NCBI GenBank assembly: GCA_041641305.1
Contig: JBEPYN010000001.1
Span: 384,001-448,000, forward strand
Source of the DNA: Nitrososphaerota archaeon
GTDB lineage: Archaea > Thermoproteota > Nitrososphaeria_A > Caldarchaeales > Caldarchaeaceae
Direction of reading: 5' to 3'
Length of the DNA: 64,000 nt
Under the pieces are notes generated by a model. It saw only the letters and a program-made list of their open reading frames with translations. It made no database searches and was not told the DNA's origin. Positions within the stretch are counted from its first letter, which is position 1; every line of letters starts with the position of its first letter. A program made the position numbers and the translations under genes. This document shows, in pieces, positions 19,170 through 28,637 of this stretch.

Positions 19170-21551
19170 TTGATGAATTTCCAAGTGGTAGGCTCTCCAG
19201 TTAAAACCAAGGAGGGGCTGAGACATGTTAGGGGCCGCGGAAGGTTTGTCGACGATGTTGTTCTCCCACGCATGGCCTATGTTTCTTTTCTCCGTTCTCC
19301 TTATCCGCATGCATTGATTAAATCGATAGATGTTTCGCGTGCGGCTAGGGCTGATGGTGTTCTGGGAGTTTTTACAGGAGCGGACATAGCGGCTGTCACC
19401 AAACCATTTCCCCAGTTGACTGTTCCACCTGCGTCGAAGGTTGTTGACTACTCGATGGCTGTGAAGAAGGTGAGGTTTGTCGGCGAACCTGTTGCAGCGG
19501 TTGTTGCAGAAAGCGTGTACCAAGCCCGTGACGCTGTTGAGCTTATTGATGTAGAGTACGAGCCTCTTGAACCTATTGTAAACCCAATGAAGGTTTTGAG
19601 TGGAGAAGGGCCGCTTATCCACGAGGAAGCCGGCACGAACATCGCAGCCACCGTTGACTACAACTACGGCGACTACGATAGCGCAGCAGCTCAAGCCGAC
19701 CGCATTATCCGCACAAGCCTCGTCTTCCACCGCTTCAGCTCAACACCTCTTGAGCCGAACGGGGTCCTCGCATCCTACGACGAAAAAGACGGATACACAA
19801 TCTACTGCAACAACCAGATGCCCATGTTCCTTTCCCCATCCATCCTCAGGGCCCTCGACACAGACATCACACACGTGAGAATAATCACGCAAGACATCGG
19901 AGGAGGGTTCGGCGTCAAGATCATCAACTATACATACATGGTTCTGGTAGCCGCCTTGTCAAGGCTTGTGGGAAGACCTGTCAAATGGATAGAGACGAGG
20001 TCGGAGCACATGATGGCGAGCTCCCACGGAGCCGATAGATATTTCAACGTTGAGGCGGCTGTGAAGAACGACGGCACCCTTCTCGGGCTAAACGTTGTCA
20101 CAGTCGATGACATAGGTGCCTATGCGCGTCACGAGCCGGCTGGGCTGACTGTCTGGGCTCAGGTCGCCTCGGGCTGCTGCAAATTCAAGCATCTCCGACA
20201 ACGGATGTACGCCGTTTTCACAAACAAGTGCCCTGCCGGGCCCAACAGAGGCTTTTCCAGAGCACCTCACCAGTTCATGATTGAGCGGGTTCTGGACAAA
20301 ATAGCACATGAACTGGGCAAAGACCCTGTAGAGGTGAGGAGAATCAACTACGTGACAAAAGATATGCAGCCCTACCGAACCCTCAACGGATGCGTCTACG
20401 ACGGCGGAGACTATGTTGGAGCTCTTGAGAAGGCGGCTGAGATGGTTGATTACTGGGGCTGGAGAAGAAGGCAGGAGCAGCTAAGGGCTGAGGGCAGATA
20501 CATAGGTGTGGGGGTAGGTGTCACGATTGACTCGGGCGCGGCCAACTTTGGGCAGGTAAGGATGCTCAACCCATCTCTCCCAAACGTCGGCACAAGCGAG
20601 GCCGCCACAGTACAGATGACACCCGACGGAAAAATCCTCGTCAAACTCGGCACCATTCCACAGGGCCAGTCCCATGAAACCATCGCATCCCAGATAGTCG
20701 CAGACGTGCTTGGCATAGACTACGAGGACATCACTGTCGCAACCGGGTTTGACTCAGGCTCCCATCCCTACACCCTCCACTCGGGAACCTATGCGAGCAG
20801 GTTCGCCGGCACAGGAATGGTTGCCACATACTTGGCCGCTCAGAGGCTCAAGGACATGGTTGCAGCCGTTGCGGCTAAGATTCTCGAGGCAAGGAAAGAG
20901 GACATAGTTGTGCAGGGCGGGGTTGCATATGTCAGGGACGCGCCGGAGAGAAAAGTCTCCTTCAAACGGATTGCGCGAACGGCTTACGCCAACCCGTTTG
21001 AGCTCCCCGAAGGCATGGAGCCCGGGTTGACAGCCCATGCCGTATTCAGCCCACCATTCCAGCCCCCTGACGAAAACAAGGTTGGCAACCTCACCCTAAC
21101 ATACTCCTACCAAGCACACGCAGTAGTCGTCGAAGTAGACCCAGAAACAGGCAAAGTGAAAATCCTCGACTACGCCATAGTCGACGACTGCGGACGTGTC
21201 ATCAACCCCGCTATAGTAGATGGACAGGTTCACGGGGCCGCTTACCATGGCATCGGCGCAGTTCTCTACGAGAACTTTGAATACAACGAGGACGGTGTTC
21301 TTCTCACATCCAATTTCTCAGATTATCTCGCGCCAACAGCTGTGGAGATACCTATGTTCAAGATGGAGAGGTTTATGATACCTTCGCCGTTCACACCTCT
21401 CGGAGCCAAGGGTGTTGGCGAGGGATGCGGCGCACCGATTCCCGCGATAGTGGCCGCCGTCGAAGACGCTGTCCAAACAGAGATAACGTCTTCACACATC
21501 AAGCCTGAGCAGCTGCAGAAAATTCTCCAGAAAACTTCTCGCAACCAATAA
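19170..21551 (+). CDS. Xanthine dehydrogenase-family molybdopterin-binding large subunit (CoxL/CutL-like)
   Basis: GGGFG, QGQSHET, DDCGRVINP, GAKGVGE; active-site loop PNRGFSR. Confidence 0.9.
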   Translation: MMNFQVVGSPVKTKEGLRHVRGRGRFVDDVVLPRMAYVSFLRSPYPHALIKSIDVSRAARADGVLGVFTGADIAAVTKPFPQLTVPPASKVVDYSMAVKKVRFVGEPVAAVVAESVYQARDAVELIDVEYEPLEPIVNPMKVLSGEGPLIHEEAGTNIAATVDYNYGDYDSAAAQADRIIRTSLVFHRFSSTPLEPNGVLASYDEKDGYTIYCNNQMPMFLSPSILRALDTDITHVRIITQDIGGGFGVKIINYTYMVLVAALSRLVGRPVKWIETRSEHMMASSHGADRYFNVEAAVKNDGTLLGLNVVTVDDIGAYARHEPAGLTVWAQVASGCCKFKHLRQRMYAVFTNKCPAGPNRGFSRAPHQFMIERVLDKIAHELGKDPVEVRRINYVTKDMQPYRTLNGCVYDGGDYVGALEKAAEMVDYWGWRRRQEQLRAEGRYIGVGVGVTIDSGAANFGQVRMLNPSLPNVGTSEAATVQMTPDGKILVKLGTIPQGQSHETIASQIVADVLGIDYEDITVATGFDSGSHPYTLHSGTYASRFAGTGMVATYLAAQRLKDMVAAVAAKILEARKEDIVVQGGVAYVRDAPERKVSFKRIARTAYANPFELPEGMEPGLTAHAVFSPPFQPPDENKVGNLTLTYSYQAHAVVVEVDPETGKVKILDYAIVDDCGRVINPAIVDGQVHGAAYHGIGAVLYENFEYNEDGVLLTSNFSDYLAPTAVEIPMFKMERFMIPSPFTPLGAKGVGEGCGAPIPAIVAAVEDAVQTEITSSHIKPEQLQKILQKTSRNQ

Positions 21552-21575
21552 ATTAACCCAAATAGGTGGAGACGC

Positions 21576-22757
21576 ATGACCAAAATATTTGTTACAGCAT
21601 ATGCGGAGACACCTGTAAGCAGAGCACGCGTCGACAAAGGTGAGAAGAAGCTAACAATTGAACAATATTATGCATGGGCCCTGAACATGGTTCTCGAGCA
21701 GACGGGCCTATCTCTAAGTGATTTTAGGGGGATAGGTGTGGGTGTGACCGGGTCTGCTTATCCGCGTGCGGAGATTTGGTCGGCTGAGGTTGTTCAAAAC
21801 CTTGGACTGGAGCCGCGGTTGCTGCTACGAGGAGACCATGGCGGAGCTAATGGGGCTGCTCTGCTTGTGGCGGGAGCCTTGGCAATACAGGCCGGCTACG
21901 TCGACCACTTCCTCATCCTCGGTGCCGACACACCCATGAACATCACGGGAGAAGCTGCTCTAACCTGGCGGTATGAGCTCGACTACCTGATGCCCGTGGG
22001 GATGATGGGGCCCAACAGCATGGCCGCTATGATGATGCAGCGCCAAATACATCAATACGGCTACAAGCCCGAACACTACGGCAAAATATCGGTCTCCCAG
22101 CGGGAGAACGCGTCCAAAAACCCCAACGCATACTTCCGCACACCCTTAAAGATGGAGGAATATCTCAACTCGCCGCTTATCTCAGACCCGCTGCGGATGC
22201 TCGACATCTGTCCATTCGTAAACGGAGGCTTCGCCCTACTACTTTCAAGAGACACCGTCGCGAAAAAGGTCACAGACAAGCTTGTTAAGGTAGCGGGCTT
22301 CGGCTCATGGCACAACCTCGACGCATCCAACAGCCTAAAGGACATCACGACAACAGGTGTCAAAAACGCTGTCAAACAAGCTTTGGAGATGAGCGGGATC
22401 AAGCTAAAAGATATCGGGCTTTTCAACGCCTACGATGACTACACCCCCGTCGTGATAATGCAGCTGGAGGACGCCGGGTTCTGCGAAAAAGGTAAGGCTG
22501 GAAAATTCCTCGAGGAGACAGACATAACCTATAGGGGAGAACTGCCTCTGAACACGGGAGGCGGCCTCCTCTCATACGGACAAGCTGGAATGGCGGGCGG
22601 CATGCATCATCTCGTCGAAGCTGTGCGGCAGCAGAGGGGCGAGGCAGGTGAGAGACAGGTCAAAGACCTCCGATACTCACTCGTAACATCGGTGGGAGCG
22701 CTGGAACACGGCGGAACATTCATCAACAACTATGCCATAATATTCGGAGGTGAGTAG
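21576..22757 (+). CDS. Thiolase-family protein (SCP2 type, apparently without the N-terminal catalytic Cys)
   Basis: NPNAYFR, ISDPLRMLDIC, YDDYT, LNTGGGLLSYG. Confidence 0.85.
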   Translation: MTKIFVTAYAETPVSRARVDKGEKKLTIEQYYAWALNMVLEQTGLSLSDFRGIGVGVTGSAYPRAEIWSAEVVQNLGLEPRLLLRGDHGGANGAALLVAGALAIQAGYVDHFLILGADTPMNITGEAALTWRYELDYLMPVGMMGPNSMAAMMMQRQIHQYGYKPEHYGKISVSQRENASKNPNAYFRTPLKMEEYLNSPLISDPLRMLDICPFVNGGFALLLSRDTVAKKVTDKLVKVAGFGSWHNLDASNSLKDITTTGVKNAVKQALEMSGIKLKDIGLFNAYDDYTPVVIMQLEDAGFCEKGKAGKFLEETDITYRGELPLNTGGGLLSYGQAGMAGGMHHLVEAVRQQRGEAGERQVKDLRYSLVTSVGALEHGGTFINNYAIIFGGE

Positions 22758-22759
22758 CG

Positions 22760-23173
22760 GTGAGCGAATACAAACGCCCGCTTCCGCAAATAACCGAATA
22801 CACACAGGCTTTTTGGCAGGCTGCGAAAAACGGGCAACTGATGATTCAAGAATGTAGAAGATGCGGCCATAAACAGTGGTATCCGAGGCCATCCTGCACC
22901 TCATGCGGATCTCTCGACCTCGGGTGGAGACAGTCTTCCGGAAAAGGATCCATACACTCCTTCACCGTCATTCGCAGGGTTGTGGCTAATTCGCCTGATT
23001 TCCAGCGTGATATTCCTTTCGTCATTGCTGAGGTTGACCTAGACGAGGGTGTGAGGATGTATGCGCGTGTTGAGGCATCTCCCGAGCAGGTAAGAGTTGG
23101 TCAACGGGTTAAGGTAAGTTTCAGAGAAGCAACTCCAGAGATAACACTCTACACTTTTTCCCCATCCGCATGA
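22760..23173 (+). CDS. DUF35 Zn-ribbon/OB-fold protein
   Basis: FWQAAKNGQLMIQECRRCG...YPRPSCTSC; VDLDEGVRM. Confidence 0.9.
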   Translation: MSEYKRPLPQITEYTQAFWQAAKNGQLMIQECRRCGHKQWYPRPSCTSCGSLDLGWRQSSGKGSIHSFTVIRRVVANSPDFQRDIPFVIAEVDLDEGVRMYARVEASPEQVRVGQRVKVSFREATPEITLYTFSPSA

Positions 23174-23595
23174 CTAGGTTCAGGATAGGGTTTCAGGACA
23201 CCGACTCCACGGGCCGCGTCTACTTCCCAACATACGTCAAATGGTTTGACATAGCTTTCATAGAGCACCTACGCAGCCAGGGGGTGGTTTTCGACAAACA
23301 GGGCCGTTTGAGGATGGGAGACACTTTGTTGAACTCAACCCTCGTCATAGGAGAGTACCACTGTAGAATAGAGAAGCCGTCTGGCTATGATGACGAGGTC
23401 GAGGCGGAGATTGTATCGGCTGAGGCGGGGAACAAATCCCTCAAAGTCGTCTTCAAACTGATGAACATGCAAGGCGAGGTTCTGGCCCATGGGCACATAA
23501 CCTACATCATGGTCGACATAAAGACAGGAAAGGCTGTCCCGTTACACGAAATAATTCTTAGGAATATTTTAGACATTTCGAGTGCAAAAACGTAA
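23170..23595 (+). CDS. Acyl-CoA thioesterase (4HBT/hot-dog fold)
   Basis: DTDSTGRVYFPTYVKWFD motif. Confidence 0.85.
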   Translation: MTRFRIGFQDTDSTGRVYFPTYVKWFDIAFIEHLRSQGVVFDKQGRLRMGDTLLNSTLVIGEYHCRIEKPSGYDDEVEAEIVSAEAGNKSLKVVFKLMNMQGEVLAHGHITYIMVDIKTGKAVPLHEIILRNILDISSAKT

Positions 23596-23628
23596 AAACA
23601 TCGTCAACCGTTTGACACCTCGTCCCCT

Positions 23629-24297
23629 ATGACGCCTCTCGAGGCCCTCGCAGTTGCCCTGACAGGGGCGACAGCAGCCCTAATCGCATACAGCCTCCAG
23701 AGAGCACGCAGCGGCAAAAGCAGGGCCTCGGAGTGGCCCTTCTCGGTTCTAGGAGTAGACCCGGACGACTCCCTTGACGAGATAAAGAAAACATACCGAA
23801 GTCTTGTGAAAAAATTTCACCCCGACAACCTTCCCCGAGAAGCTTCTCCACAGGTGAGAAAACTGTATGAGGAGCGGCTCATCAAGCTGAACACAGCCTA
23901 CAAAACTATTTTGTCGCTTCGTGCAGTTGAGCCCAGAAAGCTGACACTTAGGGAAGAGGAGCTGGCGCCGGTTGAGGAGATGCTCAAGTCAGCGAGAATA
24001 GCCGTGGATAAGGAGGTGAGAAAAGCTCTGGAAAACGCCTACACAGCCGCGGAAACACTCGTCAAATCCCTACACAGGGCCGCCGGCCTTGTAGGACGGA
24101 CAGCCCACTACTATGACCTTTTGACAGACCTCATGATCAACGACGTCATCAGCGTAGAAGAGTTCGAGATACTCGCAGCCGCACGCCGCTACACCAGCAC
24201 AGGAAACGGTCGAGAAAATACACCCAAAGAAGTTCACGACCTTGTTGAGAAACTTTGGGAAGTCTACCTAAAAATAAGGCGGCGATACATCCGCTGA
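23629..24297 (+). CDS. Membrane-anchored J-domain protein
   Basis: N-terminal TM helix, then VLGV...EIKKTYRSLVKKFHPD...LNTAY. Confidence 0.85.
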   Translation: MTPLEALAVALTGATAALIAYSLQRARSGKSRASEWPFSVLGVDPDDSLDEIKKTYRSLVKKFHPDNLPREASPQVRKLYEERLIKLNTAYKTILSLRAVEPRKLTLREEELAPVEEMLKSARIAVDKEVRKALENAYTAAETLVKSLHRAAGLVGRTAHYYDLLTDLMINDVISVEEFEILAAARRYTSTGNGRENTPKEVHDLVEKLWEVYLKIRRRYIR

Positions 24298-24301
24298 CGG
24301 T

Positions 24302-25024
24302 ATGGAGAGGGCTGCCGACGTGTGTGTGGTCATCCCCACTTACAACGAGGCGATGAACATAGGGAGAGTGCTCCACCAGCTTATGGAGCTGCCTATCCCC
24401 AACCTTTGGGCGGTTGTTGTCGATGACGGAAGCCCCGACGGCACAGCTGATGTCGTGAAAAAAATTGGCGAAACAAACCACCGCGTAATTTTGCATAACA
24501 GAGGCGCGAAGAAAGGCCTCGGCTCCGCATACTACGAAGGCTTCAAAATAGCTCTCACCCTAAGTCCACGTGTCATACTTTCTATGGATGCCGACGGCTC
24601 CCACCCGGTTGAGCTGGTTCCCGAGCTTGTCAAAGCCGTTGAAAGCGGCGCCGATGCCGCTGTTGCTTCGCGCTACATCAAGGGAGGCAAATGGTCATCG
24701 AACCTTATCCGCATGCTTGTCAGCAGAGGAGCAAACCTCCTCGCACGCATATCCACGGGAGCGGGGGTAAGGGACATGACCTCGGGCTACAGAGCCTACA
24801 GCCAAAGAGCCGTCAAACACCTTGTCGAAAAACCATTTGAAAGGGGCTACGTCTTCCAAGTGGAGCTGCTGTATCGCCTGCTGCGCGAAGGCTACAAGGT
24901 CGTCGAGATACCCTTAGTCTTCATGCCGAGAATGGCGGGCGAATCGAAGCTCTCGAAAAAAGAAATCTTCAACTTCCTCCGCTGGTGTTTGAAGACGATG
25001 CTTAAAAGAATGATGAGACGGTGA
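24302..25024 (+). CDS. GT2 polyprenol-phosphate mannosyltransferase (DPM1-like)
   Basis: IPTYNE, VDDGSPDGT, MDADGSH, DMTSGYRAY. Confidence 0.9.
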   Translation: MERAADVCVVIPTYNEAMNIGRVLHQLMELPIPNLWAVVVDDGSPDGTADVVKKIGETNHRVILHNRGAKKGLGSAYYEGFKIALTLSPRVILSMDADGSHPVELVPELVKAVESGADAAVASRYIKGGKWSSNLIRMLVSRGANLLARISTGAGVRDMTSGYRAYSQRAVKHLVEKPFERGYVFQVELLYRLLREGYKVVEIPLVFMPRMAGESKLSKKEIFNFLRWCLKTMLKRMMRR

Positions 25025-25030
25025 ACAGGG

Positions 25031-25990
25031 TTGGCGAAACTATCGGAGCTCGGGGAGAGATATTTGATACGATACTTGGTTGAGCATCTTGACTGGCCCG
25101 AGAACGGTCTTCTGCCGCCCGGTGACGATGCCGCAGCCTTCTGGTTTACAGGCCAGCTTGTCGCATCTGTGGACACCCTCGTCTGGGAAACGGATGTTCC
25201 ACCGGGGATGACGGCCCGTCAAGCGGGCTGGAAAGCGGTAACAGCCGCTGTTAGCGACTTGGCTGCAAAGGGAGCGCGGCCAAGATACATCCTTCTCTCT
25301 CTTTCGATCAACCCCTCTACAGAGTTCAACGATTTTGTCGAACTCATAACCGGCGCCCAAGAGGCTGCGAAAAAATATGGAGCATCAATTGCCGGCGGAG
25401 ACATAAACGAAACCAGTTCACCATCCATATCCGTAACCGCGCTCGGCTCCTCCGAAAAACTTCTCAGCCGCGTCGGAACATGTCCGGGAGACATGCTCGC
25501 CTGCACAGGCTTGTTCGGCAAAACATTCGCCGGCCTACATGCGGCTATGAATTCTCGGCCAGTTGAACAAGTTTTGTCTGAGGCGGTTTACTTCCCAGTG
25601 GCCCGTGTTGACGAGGGTGTGGCCCTCGCCGGCTGCGGAGGCGTCTCGGCCTGTATAGATTCGAGCGATGGATTGGCGGAGTCGCTGTACCAGCTTAGCG
25701 AGCTTAACAGGGTGGGCTTCATGGTTGAATCGCTGCCCATCGACTCCACAGCACAGAAATACTGTGTCGACAACATGCTTGACGTCGTGGAGGCTGTTTT
25801 CTACGGCGGTGAAGAGTATGAGCTGGTTCTCACCGTCAAGCCGGGATGCCGGAATTTTGTGGAGAATGCTTTGGAGCGTTTGGGGGGAAGGGTTGTCTGG
25901 ATAGGGTCTGTCATCGAGGAGCAGGGTGTGTTTTATCGGGGTAAGCCTGTGGAGAGAAGAGGCTGGCAGCACTTCAGCCCAATCCGTTGA
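25031..25990 (+). CDS. thiL: Thiamine-monophosphate kinase
   Basis: GDDAA, SDLAAKGA, GGD, IDSSDGL, GGEEYEL. Confidence 0.92.
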   Translation: MAKLSELGERYLIRYLVEHLDWPENGLLPPGDDAAAFWFTGQLVASVDTLVWETDVPPGMTARQAGWKAVTAAVSDLAAKGARPRYILLSLSINPSTEFNDFVELITGAQEAAKKYGASIAGGDINETSSPSISVTALGSSEKLLSRVGTCPGDMLACTGLFGKTFAGLHAAMNSRPVEQVLSEAVYFPVARVDEGVALAGCGGVSACIDSSDGLAESLYQLSELNRVGFMVESLPIDSTAQKYCVDNMLDVVEAVFYGGEEYELVLTVKPGCRNFVENALERLGGRVVWIGSVIEEQGVFYRGKPVERRGWQHFSPIR

Positions 25991-26504
25991 CCAGTCTAGC
26001 GAGGGAGAGGGCTGCGATGCTTTTCGCGTCCCTTATCCTCCCCCTCCGAACCATCTCAAAAGCTTCTTCCACACCGCAGGTGATGACTCTGATCTTCTCG
26101 TCTGGCATATTGCGGCTCGCCGTTTTACGCAGGTTTTTCGCGAGAAAGACATGCATCAACTCGGTTGAATAGCCTGGGGCAAGATAGAATTCCCCGATTT
26201 TCTCAATAGAGCCTGCTATGTAACCGGTCTCCTCCTCCAGCTCACGTACCGCACATTCTTCAGGCGATTCATTTTCCAAAGTGCCGGCGGGAACCTCGAC
26301 AAGCACCTCATCCACAGCAGCCCTATACTGCTCAACCAAAACAAGCTCTGAATCGCTAATCAAAGGAACAATCGCGACTGCGCCCGGATGGACAACAATC
26401 TCCTTAACAAACCGAGCCCCATCAACCTCGTGAACAACATGCACCACGTCAAAGAGTTTTCCCCGGTAAACCGTCGAACCCTTCATAGAGACCCGTTGAG
26501 GCAT
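25974..26504 (-). CDS. NUDIX hydrolase (ADP-ribose pyrophosphatase-like)
   Basis: EVPAGTLENESPEECAVRELEEETG Nudix box; IRDAKSI. Confidence 0.92.
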   Translation of the reverse strand: MPQRVSMKGSTVYRGKLFDVVHVVHEVDGARFVKEIVVHPGAVAIVPLISDSELVLVEQYRAAVDEVLVEVPAGTLENESPEECAVRELEEETGYIAGSIEKIGEFYLAPGYSTELMHVFLAKNLRKTASRNMPDEKIRVITCGVEEAFEMVRRGRIRDAKSIAALSLARLVNGLG

Positions 26505-26525
26505 GATGTTTATTTAGGCTTAAAT

Positions 26526-26557
26526 TTAGGCATAACCTAATATTAGGACGTGCCTAA
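26526..26557. promoter_or_regulatory. Two tandem TTAGG-N5-CCTAA palindromes (DtxR/MntR-type operators)
   Basis: TTAGGCATAACCTAA at 26526-26540 and TTAGGACGTGCCTAA at 26543-26557, directly at the start of the DtxR-family gene. Confidence 0.8.
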
Positions 26558-26987
26558 AATAAGTCTCCAACAGGTAGAAACATCCTATCTCCTACAGCTG
26601 TACAGAGCTCATGAAAACCAGCACACACCAACTACAGGAGAGCTCGCCAAGACATTCGCTGTCAAACCAGCCTCTGCCATAGATGTTCTCAATAGGCTTT
26701 CCGAGAAAAAATTGGTCGCCAGAACAGGGTGGGGAAAATTTAGGCTCACACCACGGGGACACGCGCTCGCGTTGCGGGTCATACACAACCACCGCATCCT
26801 CGAAACATTCTTTCACAGAGAACTAGGGTTGGAAGCCGGTGAAGCCTGCATAGAAGCTGGGCGAATAGACTATCTCATCGGCGACGAAGTGGTCAAAAGA
26901 CTTTGCCAACGCCTCAACAATCCCGCAACATGCATACACGGTAAAGAGGTGAAGCATCTCAGATGCGTGCAAAAACAGCAATCATAA
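26550..26987 (+). CDS. DtxR/MntR/TroR-family metal-dependent repressor
   Basis: YLLQLY, HTH, LTPRG, HRILETF, PATCIHG. Confidence 0.92.
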   Translation: MPKISLQQVETSYLLQLYRAHENQHTPTTGELAKTFAVKPASAIDVLNRLSEKKLVARTGWGKFRLTPRGHALALRVIHNHRILETFFHRELGLEAGEACIEAGRIDYLIGDEVVKRLCQRLNNPATCIHGKEVKHLRCVQKQQS

Positions 26988-27898
26988 CCCTCTCCATAGT
27001 CGCTGCAGCAGTTCTCGCCACATTATTCATAGCATCGCAAAATATCTTGACTCAGGGGCAGCAAGACAGTGAGACAGTGGCGGTGACTTGGGGTCTTTTG
27101 GGCGAAGTGGTGCATAGGCTGACGGATGGCACTGTTACGGTTTACCAGATTCTCCCACCCGGCGCAGAGATCCATGACTGGGAACCGGCTCCCGACGTGC
27201 TGGAGAAGGTGAGGAACTCGAGGATACTCTTCTGGACAGTGGAGGGGTTTGACGACTGGGGGGAGAAGCTTGCGGCATCAGCTAACGTAAAGGCCTTTAA
27301 GGTGTCAACAGGGGTCGAGTTAATGCCTTATGAAAACGGACACGGCGACGCCATGAACCATGAACATATAATCGGAGCCTATGACCCGCATTTCTGGCTC
27401 GACCCAGAAAGATTCGCCGCAGTCGTCCGAAACATGGCACAAATCCTCTCCGACGAGTTTCCGGAAAAAAAGGAGGCTATACAGAAAAACAGCGAGGCAT
27501 ACATCCGGGAAATACTGCAGCTCAGGCAACAGTTTGAGGAGGCGCTGTCGAGACATCGTGGAAAAACCTTCATCACGCAGCACAACGCTTTCAGATACCT
27601 CGCCACAGCCTTCGGCCTCGAAACGGTGGCTGTGCTAAGCGGTGAAGAGGAGGAGCCGTCGGCGGCGCATCTCGCAGAAATTTATGAACTAATTGAGAGA
27701 AATGGTGTCAAGACCATCTTCGCGGAGGATGGTAGCATCAGCCCCGTGTTAGAAAACATAGCCCGCGACCTCGGAATGGAAATCAAAACACTATACACGA
27801 TGGAGACTCTACATTACGACGACTATCTAAGGGGACAAGGATATATCATGAAGATGCGTCATAATTTGTCGGCGCTGGTCGATACGTTTGAACACTGA
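26963..27898 (+). CDS. Zn/Mn ABC transporter substrate-binding protein (ZnuA/TroA family)
   Basis: GAEIHDWEP, YDPHFWLDP, HNAFRYL. Confidence 0.92.
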   Translation: MRAKTAIITLSIVAAAVLATLFIASQNILTQGQQDSETVAVTWGLLGEVVHRLTDGTVTVYQILPPGAEIHDWEPAPDVLEKVRNSRILFWTVEGFDDWGEKLAASANVKAFKVSTGVELMPYENGHGDAMNHEHIIGAYDPHFWLDPERFAAVVRNMAQILSDEFPEKKEAIQKNSEAYIREILQLRQQFEEALSRHRGKTFITQHNAFRYLATAFGLETVAVLSGEEEEPSAAHLAEIYELIERNGVKTIFAEDGSISPVLENIARDLGMEIKTLYTMETLHYDDYLRGQGYIMKMRHNLSALVDTFEH

Positions 27899-28637
27899 AC
27901 CTGCGGTAGAGCTAGAGGATGTCACGGTCTCATATACCCGAGACCAACCTATACTTTCCAAGGTCAGCTTGAGGGTCAACATGGGTGAGAGGCTCTTCAT
28001 TATCGGGCCAAACGGCGGAGGTAAGACAACGTTGCTAAAGACCATGGTCGGTGTACTGAGGCCCGACAGCGGTGTGGTCAGGCTTTTTGGCGTCGCTGTT
28101 CAACGGTTCAGAGAATGGTGGAGGGTTGGGTATGTGCCTCAGAACGCTGCCACACTCTTCGAGAGAACTCCGCTCAGCGTCGGGGAGCTTCTCCGCTCGG
28201 GTATGCATACAGGTAAAGCGCTTGACCCCGTCGAGACCCTTTCACTGGTTGGGGTGGATGAACCGGACAAAATCATACACAGACGTGTCAGCGACCTCTC
28301 CGGCGGAAACTTGCAGAAAACCATGCTAGCCCTCGCCCTGATAAACAAGCCGCAGCTCCTCATCCTCGACGAACCCACCGTATACGTTGATCAGACAGGC
28401 GTCGCGGCTTTGATGAATGTTATCAACAGGGTTAATAGGGACTGGGGTGTGACGGTGATAATAGCGACACATGATGTGGCGGCCATCTCAACCCTTGCAT
28501 CAAGAGTTGTATGCATTAACCGGACGGCTCTCTACGACGGCGACATAACTCATCTTCTCAGCTCAGAGGAGCTCTGCAGAATATACGGCTTCCACGTCTA
28601 CACGATTCAGCATGGTCATAGATGGTCTGAGACATGA
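27888..28637 (+). CDS. Zn/Mn ABC transporter ATPase (ZnuC-like)
   Basis: GPNGGGKT, GYVPQ, LSGG, LDEPT. Confidence 0.92.
   Translation: MNTEPAVELEDVTVSYTRDQPILSKVSLRVNMGERLFIIGPNGGGKTTLLKTMVGVLRPDSGVVRLFGVAVQRFREWWRVGYVPQNAATLFERTPLSVGELLRSGMHTGKALDPVETLSLVGVDEPDKIIHRRVSDLSGGNLQKTMLALALINKPQLLILDEPTVYVDQTGVAALMNVINRVNRDWGVTVIIATHDVAAISTLASRVVCINRTALYDGDITHLLSSEELCRIYGFHVYTIQHGHRWSET

Noticed and set aside
19170-21551. Aerobic CO dehydrogenase CoxL
   Set aside because: It lacks the AYxCSFR motif, and there are no adjacent coxM/coxS genes.
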